This document shows positions 37,347-47,499 of a DNA stretch of 64,000 nucleotides, in pieces (position 1 is the stretch's first letter; the number at the start of each line of letters is the position of its first letter). The stretch comes from a virus: IMG/VR virus record IMGVR_UViG_3300014204_000170, positions 9,717 through 73,716 of that record, one strand, 5' to 3'. The notes under the pieces are model-generated. The model worked only from the letters and a program-made list of their open reading frames with translations, was not told where the DNA came from and made no database searches. The translations under genes and the position numbers were made by a program.

Positions 37347-38501
37347 ATGATAGAAAAAAAACTAAAAATTGATTTATCTCCACTTTGGAATGAAGAAATA
37401 GGTACATTCACAATAAGATTTCTAAATATAAATGAAAAAGAAAAAAGAATTTTAGCCCAAAGAATTAAAGATGTTGCTAAGCAAGCAAGAATCAGAAGTT
37501 TAAGAGGACCAAACATTCAAGATATCTATGAAACCTTAATGGAAATAAATCCTATAATTTTTGGAGAATACAATCAAAATTATATCCATAGAACAATAAA
37601 TGGATATAAAACATTCAACAAAACTAACTCAAGAACACTTGATGGTTATTTCTTTCATGAATTATGTAAAGCAATATATTTAATAAATTGCTTAAAAAGA
37701 GACTTAAATAAACAAGAAATAAACTCTATTGCTTATTTAACATGTCAAAGTTGGGATAAAGTAATACATTACACGGATCAACATTACCAAACTAGACATG
37801 AAGAAGAAATAGAAAGAAGAAACATCATAGAAGATATAGGAATAGATGACATTAAAAGAGCAAGAGAACATGCAGAAGAAAACGGAGCAGATAGAATACC
37901 AGATGGAGTATTTACAAGAGAACCAGAAAATAATGAAGAAGAAAACAATCAATTTAGTGTAATAGAAACAGGAATACTAAATGAAATAATAGATGAAAGA
38001 CAAATACCTACAATGAGAACATTTGAAGGAATAACATTCGAAGAAAGAACATTTAGAACAAATGAATTCGAAGAAGCAACAAGAGAAATACCTGGAAGAC
38101 AAATTAATAGAGAAAGACACACAAGGGGATCAAATCTTTATATAGATAGAGCAATAACAGAAATACAAGAATTAGAATTACAACAAGAAGGTGTAGAAAG
38201 AATACCAAATCCATATGCAATAGGAAGTGCAAATTGGAGAGAACTAGAAGAAAGTAAAATAGTAAGAATAAGAACAATAAGAGACAGAATAAATCATCTA
38301 AATCATGAAATAAACCAAAGAAATCTAGAACAAAACCCTAATAATAGATTTGTTGAAGATTTTAGAATAGAAACACAACAAATAGTACCAGCACAAATAC
38401 CAAACGAAAGAGAAACAATAAGATACTCCCCAACAATAAGACTAACACCAAATAGATACAATACAAATAGAGTATATGATCCATTCAACAATGACAATTA
38501 A
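37347..38501 (+). CDS. hypothetical Glu/Arg-rich protein
   Basis: 384-aa ORF. Confidence 0.4.
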   Translation: MIEKKLKIDLSPLWNEEIGTFTIRFLNINEKEKRILAQRIKDVAKQARIRSLRGPNIQDIYETLMEINPIIFGEYNQNYIHRTINGYKTFNKTNSRTLDGYFFHELCKAIYLINCLKRDLNKQEINSIAYLTCQSWDKVIHYTDQHYQTRHEEEIERRNIIEDIGIDDIKRAREHAEENGADRIPDGVFTREPENNEEENNQFSVIETGILNEIIDERQIPTMRTFEGITFEERTFRTNEFEEATREIPGRQINRERHTRGSNLYIDRAITEIQELELQQEGVERIPNPYAIGSANWRELEESKIVRIRTIRDRINHLNHEINQRNLEQNPNNRFVEDFRIETQQIVPAQIPNERETIRYSPTIRLTPNRYNTNRVYDPFNNDN

Positions 38502-40143
38502 AAAATTAAAAAAATTTATTAACAATATAATTATGCCAAATACAAAAAAAGAATTTGAATTTAAAATAGGAGCAGATCCTGAATTTGTTTTAACTATGCA
38601 AGGTAGAAAAGTAGATGCAAAACAAACCATGCAATTAGTTTTAAATAAAAAACCAGGATTTAAACCAACGAGAGACGATATGGGTTTTGATGTGGATCCA
38701 TTTGGAAATATAGGATGGGATGGAGCATCATCAACAGCAGAAATAAGACCAAAAGCAAGTAATACACCACAAGAAGTTGTAAATAATCTAGGAGGAATGT
38801 TTAAAGCTTTCGTAAAACATATAAGATTATGTGATATGTCAACAATATCAGAATATAGTTCAGTAGGAGGACATATTCACCTAGAAATTCCAAAAGGAGA
38901 AAAATGGTCAATAGAAAAAAAGAACACACTTCACAGAAGAATGGCTTCATTTTATTTACCACTATTAATCTCAGAAAATAAAACAAACCTAAACTTAAGA
39001 TTAAAACAAACTTACGGAGCACTAAAGGACAATAGAATAGAACAAAAATTCAAATATGAAGATGGATCTCCAGGATTCACATATGAATTTAGATGTCCTT
39101 CAGCTGAATGGTTAACAACACCAAAACTTGCTCAAGCAACAATGGCTTACATGGCAGTAATATATCATGAAATTTTAAAACATCCAAAAAACTTTACAAA
39201 ATTTAATGATATAGTTTATAAAAGTGATAAACAAGGAGACGCATTACAAACACTAGCAATCATGGAATTTGATATATTAACACAAAGTATATTAAATAAA
39301 GTTAAAAAATACATAAGAACATTCGAAATGTATGAATATTATAAAAATGAAATTGAATATCTATTTAATCCTAAACAGGTGATTAAAGATAAACAAAAAG
39401 CAGATTATAATATTGCAATAGGATGGAATCTAATAGGAAAAACAATTCCAAAGAAATCAGAAATCTTATCATCAAAGAAAAAAATTCAAGGAATAGCTGC
39501 TAAAAAAGATTTCGATAACCTAAAAGCTGTAATGAATATTCACTATAACGCTGACACAAATGTAGGACTTTTTGCAGATAGCTTAAAAGATAGAGTTGCT
39601 GCTTTCAATTGGAAATTAAAAAACAACTATTTCTTATTCGGAATGAGAAAAGGAATCACAACAATAATAGCTAGAAATCTAAAAAAAGAATATCTAACAG
39701 GTCAAAAAATAATCAAAACAGTTCTAGAAAAAGAACATATAGATAGATTATTTGATAAAATGGAAACAAAATTTAATAATAATAATGGAGTATTAAATAA
39801 TGCTACATTAGATTTTATTACAGGAAAAGTCAAAGATATGAGAGAATCAGTAATAGTAATAGGAATTCCATATTCAATGAGAATAGAAGAAAATATAAAA
39901 CCATTCTTAAATTTTATTTGGACACTTGAAAAAGGAGAAATCCCAAAAATAAATAAAAAAGATGAAATTAAATTAATCAATGATGTCGATTTGCCATTAG
40001 AGCAAAAAGGTGAAATTTATAAAATCTTAACAAAACAAATGGAGACACCACAAGAAATTATTATGGATGCAGGATCACACAGCTTACGCGCACATGAAAA
40101 TGCATTACATGAAATAATATGTGAAACAGAAAACAATTATTAA
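38476..40143 (+). CDS. glutamine-synthetase-like amidoligase family protein (paralog 2)
   Basis: IGADPEFVL, AEIRPKA and GGHIHLEIP match paralog 1. 555 aa with a C-terminal extension. Confidence 0.45.
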   Translation: MIHSTMTIKKLKKFINNIIMPNTKKEFEFKIGADPEFVLTMQGRKVDAKQTMQLVLNKKPGFKPTRDDMGFDVDPFGNIGWDGASSTAEIRPKASNTPQEVVNNLGGMFKAFVKHIRLCDMSTISEYSSVGGHIHLEIPKGEKWSIEKKNTLHRRMASFYLPLLISENKTNLNLRLKQTYGALKDNRIEQKFKYEDGSPGFTYEFRCPSAEWLTTPKLAQATMAYMAVIYHEILKHPKNFTKFNDIVYKSDKQGDALQTLAIMEFDILTQSILNKVKKYIRTFEMYEYYKNEIEYLFNPKQVIKDKQKADYNIAIGWNLIGKTIPKKSEILSSKKKIQGIAAKKDFDNLKAVMNIHYNADTNVGLFADSLKDRVAAFNWKLKNNYFLFGMRKGITTIIARNLKKEYLTGQKIIKTVLEKEHIDRLFDKMETKFNNNNGVLNNATLDFITGKVKDMRESVIVIGIPYSMRIEENIKPFLNFIWTLEKGEIPKINKKDEIKLINDVDLPLEQKGEIYKILTKQMETPQEIIMDAGSHSLRAHENALHEIICETENNY

Positions 40144-40163
40144 TTAAATGAATAAAAACAATT

Positions 40164-41570
40164 ATGTGTGGAATAATCGCAGGATTCAATAAAAGAACTC
40201 CTAAAAATAAAGACAAAAAAGCAATAAATGCAAAACCAATAAATGATTTTATTCTTAATCAATATGAAGACCAATACAATAGAGGTCAAAAAGGATTTGG
40301 AATCATTCGAATCGAAAAAAATGGAAATATAGAAATAGACAGAGCCACAGAACCTACAAAATTTCTATTAGATTTATATCTTAAACCATCAACTATGATA
40401 ATTGCCCATCACAGAACACCAACATCTACAGAAAATAAAATACAACAAACGCATCCAATTAAAATATCAAATAAAAAATTAAAATTTGATTATTATGCAG
40501 TTCATAATGGAATGATAAGCAATGATGAAGAATTAAAGAAAAAACACGAAAAATTAGGATTCGAATACACAACAAAATGTTTCGAATCAGTAAATCAATA
40601 CTACAAAACAAACAAAACAGAAAAATGGAATGATTCAGAAGCAATAGCTATAGAATTAGCATTATTCATAGAAGGAAAAATTAAAACAGTAAGAACAGAA
40701 AATGGAGCAGCATTTATAATTCTACAAGTAAACAAAAAAACAAACCTAGCTCAAAAATGTTTCTTTGGAAGAAATGGTTTTAATAGTATATTGAATATAT
40801 GTAAATCTAAAGGAAATTTACTAATCTCAAGTGAAGGAAAAGGAGAAGAAGTAAAAGAAGGTAAATTATTTTCATTTCACACAAGAGATAATAAAATGAA
40901 ATTAACTTCAATAGATATTCCATTCAAAAAAGAAGAAAAACCAATAGAAATTAAAACAGAAGCACCAAAAGAAATAGAATCTACAATGCCAAAAAATGTA
41001 GCTATTGTACCCGTAGAAAACGAAAAACCTAAAGTATTTGATAAGGTTATTACAGCAGTACGTAGTTGGATAGACATAGAAAAAGATCCAATTTTAGACT
41101 TAGATTTCGATGCAGCCGTATTTACTGATAAAAATTACAAAGAAACAATAAGTGAAGACTTCAAATATAAACTAAAAAATTGCACAACAGAAGAAATTAA
41201 AAGTACATTAGATGACTCATTAGATGAAGAAATTGCAAAAATAGAAGAATTATGTACAAACTTTAAAGAAATCTGTCAATGTAACAAAATAGAACTACCT
41301 GAAAGAAATTTCTTCATTTCACAAATAGCAAATTTATTCAGAACAATGGAAGCAATAACAGATATAGCTTCAGATGAATTTGCAATAGTTCAACAAAAAG
41401 AAGATGAAGAAACAATAGCTGATTATAATACAGGATTTGAATTAAACGATGATGGAAGTTATGGAAAAGGTCCTAAAAAATATGATAGCTCAAAACACAT
41501 AAATGTTGCCAATCATTACGGTCAAGGAATATATGATGACGATTATAACGATTTTAACAGGTTTGGATAA
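40164..41570 (+). CDS. class-II (Ntn) glutamine amidotransferase domain protein
   Basis: Starts MCGIIAGF (Cys2 nucleophile) and has AVHNGMISNDEEL, the HNG-I-x-N motif of GATase_2. Carries a long acidic C-terminal extension ending ...IYDDDYNDFNRFG. Confidence 0.6.
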   Translation: MCGIIAGFNKRTPKNKDKKAINAKPINDFILNQYEDQYNRGQKGFGIIRIEKNGNIEIDRATEPTKFLLDLYLKPSTMIIAHHRTPTSTENKIQQTHPIKISNKKLKFDYYAVHNGMISNDEELKKKHEKLGFEYTTKCFESVNQYYKTNKTEKWNDSEAIAIELALFIEGKIKTVRTENGAAFIILQVNKKTNLAQKCFFGRNGFNSILNICKSKGNLLISSEGKGEEVKEGKLFSFHTRDNKMKLTSIDIPFKKEEKPIEIKTEAPKEIESTMPKNVAIVPVENEKPKVFDKVITAVRSWIDIEKDPILDLDFDAAVFTDKNYKETISEDFKYKLKNCTTEEIKSTLDDSLDEEIAKIEELCTNFKEICQCNKIELPERNFFISQIANLFRTMEAITDIASDEFAIVQQKEDEETIADYNTGFELNDDGSYGKGPKKYDSSKHINVANHYGQGIYDDDYNDFNRFG

Positions 41571-41581
41571 AAATTTATTCT

Positions 41582-41995
41582 ATGTACCCAACAAAAGAAC
41601 AAATTCTAACTGTAAAACCGAGAATTAAAACATCAATTAAAAAAGCAACATTAATATGGAAAAAAAACAATCTTAAAGAATGGAAAAACTTATCTCAAAA
41701 AGAACAATTAAATAGATTAGAAAGATTAATCATATGGCTTAATTGGACAAACGATAAAAAAGATAACCTAAAAATAAAATTAGGAAAAGAATATCAATAT
41801 AATCCACAAACACAAACAATATATCTAGACAAAAATCATGCAAGTATAATATCAGCACTTCATGAATTAGGTCATCATATATTTGGAACAAGTGAATTAA
41901 AAACATGTAGATGGTCAATATGGCTATTTATAGAATGCTTTCCTGAATTATATAAAAATCTAAAATGGGATAGACACTTATTAATCAAAAAATAA
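41582..41995 (+). CDS. small HExxH motif protein (possible metallopeptidase)
   Basis: ALHELGHHIFG. Confidence 0.3.
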   Translation: MYPTKEQILTVKPRIKTSIKKATLIWKKNNLKEWKNLSQKEQLNRLERLIIWLNWTNDKKDNLKIKLGKEYQYNPQTQTIYLDKNHASIISALHELGHHIFGTSELKTCRWSIWLFIECFPELYKNLKWDRHLLIKK

Positions 41996-42059
41996 AACCA
42001 TTATGAATAAAAGTAATGCACCGTGAAAGGTCGAATATTATTAGAAAAATTAAATAAAT

Positions 42060-42368
42060 ATGCAATTCAAAATTCCCATAGGAAGTTCAATCGATAGAGC
42101 AGAAAGTTCAGATATAATAAAGATTAGAGTCCCAAATACTAAATTTTGGGTCTTAGGAGAAAAAATTTCCAAATATAATTGGAAAATGTCTCTAATTGAT
42201 CCACAATCGAACTACAAGGAATTAATCAAAGAAAATATATCAACAAAAGCATTCGCAATATTATCAAGTATGATATTGAAGTCTCCATTCCCATACAAAG
42301 GGAAAAGAGCAAACAGTTCAAAAACTATTAAAAATTTCGTTAATAAAAATATAAAAAACATATGTTAA
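42060..42368 (+). CDS. hypothetical protein
   Basis: 102-aa ORF. Confidence 0.3.
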   Translation: MQFKIPIGSSIDRAESSDIIKIRVPNTKFWVLGEKISKYNWKMSLIDPQSNYKELIKENISTKAFAILSSMILKSPFPYKGKRANSSKTIKNFVNKNIKNIC

Positions 42369-42820
42369 AAGAAAACACAAAAGAAAACGCAATAGCATTA
42401 AATGAAAAAGTAGCAAATTACAAATTATTAGCTCGTGAAGCATTAAGAATGGAATTAATCACTCCCCGTCTTTCAAAAATTGCTAATCTAGAAGTAAGTA
42501 TTAAATCAGTAATGGATTGTAAAGCTGCTATTGAACACGAGATTTTAGTAGAAAACTACGAAATCTCAAAACTAGACACTGAACACCCAGATTATCTAGA
42601 AATGAAAAAAGAAAAAGAAGAAGCAATTATAGCATATAACGAAGAAGTAACTTTACACACAGAAGGATTAAAGGAATTAGAAGAAGTAATGAAAGAACAA
42701 AAAGAAGGTATTGCTAAAATTGAAAGTGGAGAAACAAAAGTATCTATTGAAGCGTTAAATGAACTTGTATCAAAAATGATTGAACAAAGTGCACTAAATG
42801 CAGTAGCAGAAGTAAAATAA
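42362..42820 (+). CDS. hypothetical coiled-coil protein
   Basis: 152-aa ORF, last gene of the plus-strand block. Confidence 0.4.
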   Translation: MLKENTKENAIALNEKVANYKLLAREALRMELITPRLSKIANLEVSIKSVMDCKAAIEHEILVENYEISKLDTEHPDYLEMKKEKEEAIIAYNEEVTLHTEGLKELEEVMKEQKEGIAKIESGETKVSIEALNELVSKMIEQSALNAVAEVK

Positions 42821-42846
42821 TATAATAAAAACTAAATAAATAAATT

Positions 42847-42882
42847 AAGGCAGGGATACAAATCGTATCACCTGCCTTTTTT
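42847..42882 (+). terminator. rho-independent terminator at the convergent junction
   Basis: AGGCAGG-N16-CCTGCCT followed by a T6 run. Confidence 0.6.
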
Positions 42883-43145
42883 TATGCCCCTTTTAGTGCC
42901 TAAATCCTTAAAATACTTCCCTAGGCTGAAATTTTGACTTTCGGAGGACAATGGTATAATATGAAAAGCATGAAAAAAACAGCATATATTAGAGCAAAAT
43001 ATGTTGAAAAAATAATCCGCCAAGCGTGGAGTAGTTTAGAAAGCCATCTTGAATATACCTACAAAAATAGCTCTGAAAAAGAGAAATTCCATAAAGCCTG
43101 TGTAAAAGAATATGTAGATATAATCAAAAACGCCTCCGAGCTATA

Positions 43146-43940
43146 TTAAACTGTGGTTTTTACAACTCTTTGATCTGTGAAATATGAACCACATTCTTGG
43201 CATTGATACTGAACTTTATAACCACCCTTGACAATTCGATTTTTACTTCGTGTCATGTGTGCTGATAAACACAATGGATTAGGACAAGTTATTCCATCTG
43301 GATTAACATAAACAAAGTCTCCTGTTTGTTTAGCAAAAGGAAGAACTCTTTTTAATACTTCGTATTGTAAACTTACATCCATACCACAATATTTTTTCAT
43401 ATACTTCCAAGCTTTTTGTTCTCCAGCTTCGCAATCAAACCATAATTGTTTATATGTACTTAACTTTTGACCAATTCCTAAAAATCCAGCAATATCATCT
43501 AATTTATTACTTGGAAGATTAAAATTTGCTCTAGCGATTTTTTTAGTATCAAAAGTTTTACTTACTGGAACTGGATCTACACCATGAGCTAATAATCGTG
43601 TATTAAATACCTTGATATCAAAATTATCCCCATTGTGAGCTGAGACCACGTCTGCTTGTTTTAAAATTGGAGCAAAAAACTTTACTAACGCTTCATCATC
43701 TAAAACGCCCTTTTTATATCCCTTAAAATCATCTTGCCCTATTACCTTAATTGGACCATCATCCCACCTATAACCAACACATAAAATGCTTGTGTGTTCA
43801 ATTACTTTTATTATGTCTGTCTCCCAAATAGATCCAAAGAAATATCCCTTTTGTGGACTTGTTTCATAATCCAAAGATAAAATTCTAGGTTCTTTTCGAT
43901 TTTCTAATTTTACTTCCTTTTTTATTTTTTGTTTTTTCAT
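43146..43940 (-). CDS. DEDDh 3'-5' exonuclease (DnaQ-like) with C-terminal zinc ribbon
   Basis: LSLDYETS (Exo I), SAHNGDNFDIKVF (Exo II), YCGMDVS (Exo III-like); C-terminal CPNPLC...CQECG. Confidence 0.55.
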   Translation of the reverse strand: MKKQKIKKEVKLENRKEPRILSLDYETSPQKGYFFGSIWETDIIKVIEHTSILCVGYRWDDGPIKVIGQDDFKGYKKGVLDDEALVKFFAPILKQADVVSAHNGDNFDIKVFNTRLLAHGVDPVPVSKTFDTKKIARANFNLPSNKLDDIAGFLGIGQKLSTYKQLWFDCEAGEQKAWKYMKKYCGMDVSLQYEVLKRVLPFAKQTGDFVYVNPDGITCPNPLCLSAHMTRSKNRIVKGGYKVQYQCQECGSYFTDQRVVKTTV

Positions 43941-43961
43941 ATATATAATATTATTTAATAA

Positions 43962-44978
43962 TTAAACTAACCATTCAGGATTATTAACATACCACTGAAC
44001 AATAGTTTTTAATGATTCTTCAATTGAGAATGGATATTTCCAACCAATCTCTAGCATTTTTCCATTAGTTAAACCGTAATGCATGTCATGACCCTTTCTT
44101 ACTGTATTCGAATAAAATGATATAACTTCATAATTAAGTTCTTTTCCTATTATTCTAGCAACCAATTGAGCAAATTCCAAGTTATTTAATTGTTTTTCTC
44201 CTACAATATTAAATTTATTAGGTTTTAAATCACCATTTTCATAACTTGCAGGTTTTACATTTTTAATAATATATAAAATTGCATCAGCTTGATTACGCAC
44301 ATCTATATAAAATCTAGATCCAAAAGTTCCATCCTCTTTTGCATATATAGGCATTTTTTTACCTTCTTGAATATACTTTACAATTTTAGGAAGGAATTTA
44401 ACGGCATCCTGTCTTGTTCCTATTAAATTCATTGTGTTTGTAATAATTACAGGAACTCCATAGGTTCTCCAATAAGAAGTAGCTATAGCTTCTTGTGCGG
44501 CCTTTGAAGCAGCATAAGGATTACTTGGTAGTATTGCACTCCATTCTTTATGGGGTTCATTATTAACCATAGCTCCATAAACTTCATCCGTGGAAATTTG
44601 AATGAAAACTTCAGGTTTAATTTCTCTAGCTAACTCTAATATATTTAATATTAAAGCTACATTATTCTCAACAAAAGGAACAGGATCTTGTATGGACTGT
44701 TCTACATCTGACATAGAAGCAATATTAATAATATAATCTATCTTACCTATTCTTTGTTTTGTTATAGGTGTAAAAGGTGACTCTAAATCATGAGTAAGAA
44801 CTTCAACACGTTCTTTGTTTTTTTGGTAAACTTCACTATCTAAAATTCGTTCTGGAATACCCTTATGTTTCCAAGATGCAATACCCACTATATCCCAATC
44901 TGTAGTCTCAAGAATATGATCTACAAAATGTGAACCTGAGAATCCTCCAATACCTGTTAGTAATACTCTTTTATTCAT
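43962..44978 (-). CDS. rmlB: dTDP-glucose 4,6-dehydratase-like NAD-dependent sugar dehydratase/epimerase
   Basis: LLTGIGGFSGSHFV Rossmann motif and PYAASKAAQE (YxxxK). Confidence 0.65.
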   Translation of the reverse strand: MNKRVLLTGIGGFSGSHFVDHILETTDWDIVGIASWKHKGIPERILDSEVYQKNKERVEVLTHDLESPFTPITKQRIGKIDYIINIASMSDVEQSIQDPVPFVENNVALILNILELAREIKPEVFIQISTDEVYGAMVNNEPHKEWSAILPSNPYAASKAAQEAIATSYWRTYGVPVIITNTMNLIGTRQDAVKFLPKIVKYIQEGKKMPIYAKEDGTFGSRFYIDVRNQADAILYIIKNVKPASYENGDLKPNKFNIVGEKQLNNLEFAQLVARIIGKELNYEVISFYSNTVRKGHDMHYGLTNGKMLEIGWKYPFSIEESLKTIVQWYVNNPEWLV

Positions 44979-44989
44979 ATATTTTATAA

Positions 44990-45967
44990 TTATTTTTTTA
45001 ATTCGACTTTATCGTTGCACTCATTAGCGAAACCAACCTTTCCACCAAACTCATTATCTGAGCTTGTAGGACTACCGCTTTCTAATGCTGATAATGTTTC
45101 AACTGTGTCATTTAAATTGTTATCCAAACAAAGAACAGAAATAAGTGTTTCTGCCAAAGCTGCGAATGATAATCCTTTTGTTTTTTTAACCCACTCATTT
45201 AAGTTTTCAGTTTTAGGAAGTTTTGCTTTAAGGAACGCTATTCTAACTTTATCCCCTGGGGCTGAAATTTTGTATATTCTATCAAATCTTCTTGGACGAT
45301 TTATAATTCTTCTATCAAGTAATTCTGGATAGTTTGTTGTAGCAATATTAATAACTCTATCAATTTGGCTATCACCATCTAAAATCGACAAAAGTTCAGT
45401 ATCTCCATACTTTTTAATTATTGCATCTATATCTTCAAAAACACAAACTATAGGACGATTAGGTTCTACTTGTCTCAAGTTTTTTAAACCTTCTGTAAAA
45501 AATCTAGGATTATCACATATCAACACAAGTCCACCACGATCAACTACATCTTTCATTACTTGCCACACTATGGATGATTTTCCAACACCTTGTGCTCCGT
45601 AAAGCATATATCCTCTACGGTGAAGAAAGCCATGTTTTTTAAACAAAGTTTCCTTTTTCCAAAAGTCATCTATTTCATTTAAAAACTTATCTGCAATTTC
45701 CCCCTTAAAACGCATTATTTTATCTATCTTAATATATCTACCTATAAAAATTGGTTTATCATCTGTTCTATCAACAGTAACGCCATAACATCCAGGTGGT
45801 AATTTCTCGTGTGTAACAGAAAAAGCTTTAAACATTCTAGCTCCAATTGTGCCCCATTGATTTGGTTTTATAATACTTTCTTCTTGTTCCAATTTTAGAT
45901 TATACATATTGTATATTCCATCATCGACATCATCTGAATCTATTCCTCTTGGTGTATGTAAACTCAT
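44990..45967 (-). CDS. AAA+ ATPase
   Basis: Walker A GAQGVGKSS and Walker B VCVFEDIDAI. Confidence 0.55.
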   Translation of the reverse strand: MSLHTPRGIDSDDVDDGIYNMYNLKLEQEESIIKPNQWGTIGARMFKAFSVTHEKLPPGCYGVTVDRTDDKPIFIGRYIKIDKIMRFKGEIADKFLNEIDDFWKKETLFKKHGFLHRRGYMLYGAQGVGKSSIVWQVMKDVVDRGGLVLICDNPRFFTEGLKNLRQVEPNRPIVCVFEDIDAIIKKYGDTELLSILDGDSQIDRVINIATTNYPELLDRRIINRPRRFDRIYKISAPGDKVRIAFLKAKLPKTENLNEWVKKTKGLSFAALAETLISVLCLDNNLNDTVETLSALESGSPTSSDNEFGGKVGFANECNDKVELKK

Positions 45968-46268
45968 ATATAAATATTCATAATTAATAATTTAAACAGC
46001 ACAGTGGTTGGGAGTTGAACCCAAATGGATGATTTTGGAGATCTTCCTATGACCGTCACCCACCATAATGTGGGTAATCTAATACCCACCCAAAACTATT
46101 CTAATTCAGTCTTAACTTCTTCTTCTACGACAGACTCTTCAACTGGTGTTTCAACAACTGGTGTTTCAACAACTTCTGGTTCTGCTCCTATTTTTAAATC
46201 TTCATTCATAAATTTTTTATTTTTAACTTTTGATAATCATTCGACCAGTATTAATATAATAACATAGT

Positions 46269-46532
46269 TTAGAAAAAATCAAAATCATAATCTTTAATAC
46301 AGGAATTACTAACATACTCTTTTGATGTGCGAAGTTTTTTAATTGTTTTTCTAGCATCTCTCATTATCTTTGTTCGAGCACTTCGTGTTTTTCTTTTATA
46401 TTCTTTTAAATACTCCTTATAAGAATTTTTACCATGATTGATTTTTTCTTCTGTTTCAATCTCTATTTCTTTTTTACAATTATTAATTCTACTATTCATA
46501 AAATAGAGGTTAGATAACCATAATAATATCAT
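46269..46532 (-). CDS. hypothetical basic protein
   Basis: 87-aa ORF. Confidence 0.3.
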   Translation of the reverse strand: MILLWLSNLYFMNSRINNCKKEIEIETEEKINHGKNSYKEYLKEYKRKTRSARTKIMRDARKTIKKLRTSKEYVSNSCIKDYDFDFF

Positions 46533-46791
46533 CCTCTAGTGTCATCATATAAGTCTTTCCATCAACTTGTACAGCTTTACCATATTGGAAAGTAACTACA
46601 TCATCTTTTTTTACACACATTGGCAATAATTCTCCATTGTTGTTTTTTTTACCTTCACCAACTTCAAATACTTTACCTGTCATGTATTCACCCATTTCTT
46701 CTTCTTTAGCCAAGATAACTCCTGAGGCTGTTTTTTTCTCATTTCGATCTACTTCTATTAAAACTCTATTTCCTAATAATTTGATACTCAT
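46510..46791 (-). CDS. groES: co-chaperonin GroES
   Basis: 93 aa; LGNRVLIEVDRNEKKTASGVILA...GKVFEVGEG fits the Cpn10 pattern. Lies adjacent to GroEL. Confidence 0.6.
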   Translation of the reverse strand: MSIKLLGNRVLIEVDRNEKKTASGVILAKEEEMGEYMTGKVFEVGEGKKNNNGELLPMCVKKDDVVTFQYGKAVQVDGKTYMMTLEDDIIMVI

Positions 46792-46811
46792 AAATTTTAT
46801 TTAATTAACTA

Positions 46812-47324
46812 TTAATCCCACAAACTCCTAATATATTTTCCAAACAAAATTAACCCTTCTTCTACTTTTAAATTATGTTCTTTTAATTGTTCAGCTGTCA
46901 TACCTCTAGTAAATCTATTTTCCATTTCATTTTCGTCTTCCCAAACGCTATCAAAAGCAAATTCAATCTTTTTAAGAATCATAAGCCAAGCTCCTGGATC
47001 TGATGCAAATTCAACTGGAAGTGACATACCATGTTCCTCATAATTCTTTACAAATCTCTTTAATGGAATATAAGTTTTTCTTACGATAAAACTACCAAGA
47101 TTCCAAACATCAGAATCAGAATATCCTCTAAAGATCTCCTGCCATTTTATTTTAATATCATAAGGCCAATTTTTAATTTCTAAAATAAACCTATACCAAA
47201 TAAAATCTTTTAAATCAAGAAATATTCTAACAAGAAAAGGTTTTAAGGCCCTTCTTTTTTCATCTTCCTCTAATTGTTCTAAAAAGTTTTTTGTACCTTT
47301 TAAATATTCTTCTTTATCTATCAT
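46812..47324 (-). CDS. hypothetical protein
   Basis: 170-aa ORF downstream of a consensus promoter. Confidence 0.4.
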   Translation of the reverse strand: MIDKEEYLKGTKNFLEQLEEDEKRRALKPFLVRIFLDLKDFIWYRFILEIKNWPYDIKIKWQEIFRGYSDSDVWNLGSFIVRKTYIPLKRFVKNYEEHGMSLPVEFASDPGAWLMILKKIEFAFDSVWEDENEMENRFTRGMTAEQLKEHNLKVEEGLILFGKYIRSLWD

Positions 47325-47459
47325 GTTTTAAATTTTAATTAATAATAAAGTATTTAATCGTAGGAATTTAACAGGTGACGATTTCTCGTTCTCCATCATA
47401 TTGATTATTTTGATGAGTTCCTACGATTAATACTTTTACCCCTAAGCAGGACTATCTTA

Positions 47460-47488
47460 AGTATATACCTTTCGATTTAACTTGTCAA
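47460..47488 (-). promoter_or_regulatory. consensus promoter TTGACA-17-TATACT (minus strand)
   Basis: Plus strand reads AGTATA...TGTCAA; the conserved spacer is AGTTAAATCGAAAGGTA. Confidence 0.6.
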
Positions 47489-47499
47489 GTAATTAGTGA

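Noticed and set aside
46025-46267. ORF 46025-46267(+) between two minus-strand genes
   Set aside because: Antisense, with a low-complexity Ser/Thr-rich translation. A small acidic minus-strand ORF (about 46097-46210, MNEDLKIGAEPEVVETPVVE...) is the more plausible coding use of this gap. At 38 aa it is too short to call confidently.
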